NCBI GenBank assembly: GCA_900553035.1
Contig: USCC01000003.1
Span: forward strand, 1 to 51,929
From: an uncultured Rhodospirillaceae bacterium
Lineage (GTDB): Bacteria > Pseudomonadota > Alphaproteobacteria > CAAGCB01 > CAG-977
Direction of reading: 5' to 3'
DNA length: 51,929 nucleotides
Both the position numbers and the translations under genes were made by a program. The notes beneath the pieces were generated by a model. It was given only the letters and a program-made list of their open reading frames with translations, was not told the origin of the DNA and made no database searches. Shown here in pieces: positions 51,866-51,929 of this stretch. The stretch's first letter is position 1. Each line of letters opens with the position of its first letter.

Positions 51866-51929
51866 TGACAACTAATACAAATAGATGTGGGGGTGCAAGA
51901 TACGATCGTCTGGTAGGAAGTAGCCAGCA
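51862..51929 (+). CDS. Start of next gene (partial)
   Basis: ATGA overlap with the preceding stop. Open to the window end (MMTTNTNRCGGARYDRLVGSSQ...). Confidence 0.3.
   Translation, partial: MMTTNTNRCGGARYDRLVGSSQ

Larger units (their letters stand above)
18183..51929 (+). mobile_element. Mu-like transposable prophage, left end to tail-fibre genes (right end outside window)
   Basis: Gene order is canonical Mu: c repressor (-), ner, DDE transposase A, MuB-like ATPase, gemA, mor, terminase, portal, MuF, gpI, gpT, sheath, tube, tape measure, gpN, P, gp45-48, fibres. The left boundary at TG 18183 is inferred from the attL-like array. Confidence 0.8.

Overview
The first ~16.1 kb is ordinary chromosomal backbone. 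From ~16120 to the window end the sequence is Mu-like transposable prophage DNA, and its right end lies beyond the window. Backbone genes: MacAB-type ABC efflux genes, a umuDC-like pair, a SAM methyltransferase, a Qnr/MfpA-like pentapeptide-repeat protein, an MBL-fold hydrolase, two tandem iron-sulfur flavoproteins, an MFS transporter, a secreted alpha/beta hydrolase, LysR, a split chromate transporter, a nitroreductase and MarR. The MBL hydrolase and the flavoprotein pair sit behind two MerR-style promoters that share a palindrome. The phage region is composite. (i) A ~2.06 kb mini-Mu-like element (16120-18178) has imperfect TGTA...TACA inverted termini and attL/attR-like arrays of end repeats; it carries only a Com-like zinc finger, a Dam-type methyltransferase and one small ORF. 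(ii) Directly abutting it is a near-complete Mu-like prophage with this order: attL-like array, c repressor, ner, transposase A, MuB-like ATPase, early genes incl. DUF3164, gemA, mor, TraR-like, terminase, portal, MuF, protease/scaffold, capsid, connectors, sheath, tube, frameshifted chaperone, tape measure, baseplate, fibres. Two visibly AT-rich, self-promoted moron islands interrupt this synteny. Island 1 (27.83-29.46 kb) holds a stand-alone ParA-like ATPase and a convergent lipoprotein, at the position where Mu keeps its lysis genes. Island 2 (35.55-37.53 kb) is a translationally coupled pair, a YwgA/Panacea-like + DUF488 fusion followed by an unassignable 281-aa protein; I consider it the best candidate for an undescribed defence/TA-like system. 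Other signals: a 26-bp motif with fixed spacing to TAAAAT upstream of two late operons, a +1/-2 frame extension of the tail chaperone, a MuF protein with an AT-rich extra C-terminal domain, a structured 445-bp non-coding gap in the early operon, and a UmuD homologue lacking both catalytic residues. All functional calls rest on motif and family recognition by eye; no searches were run. I saw no tRNA, rRNA or CRISPR array.
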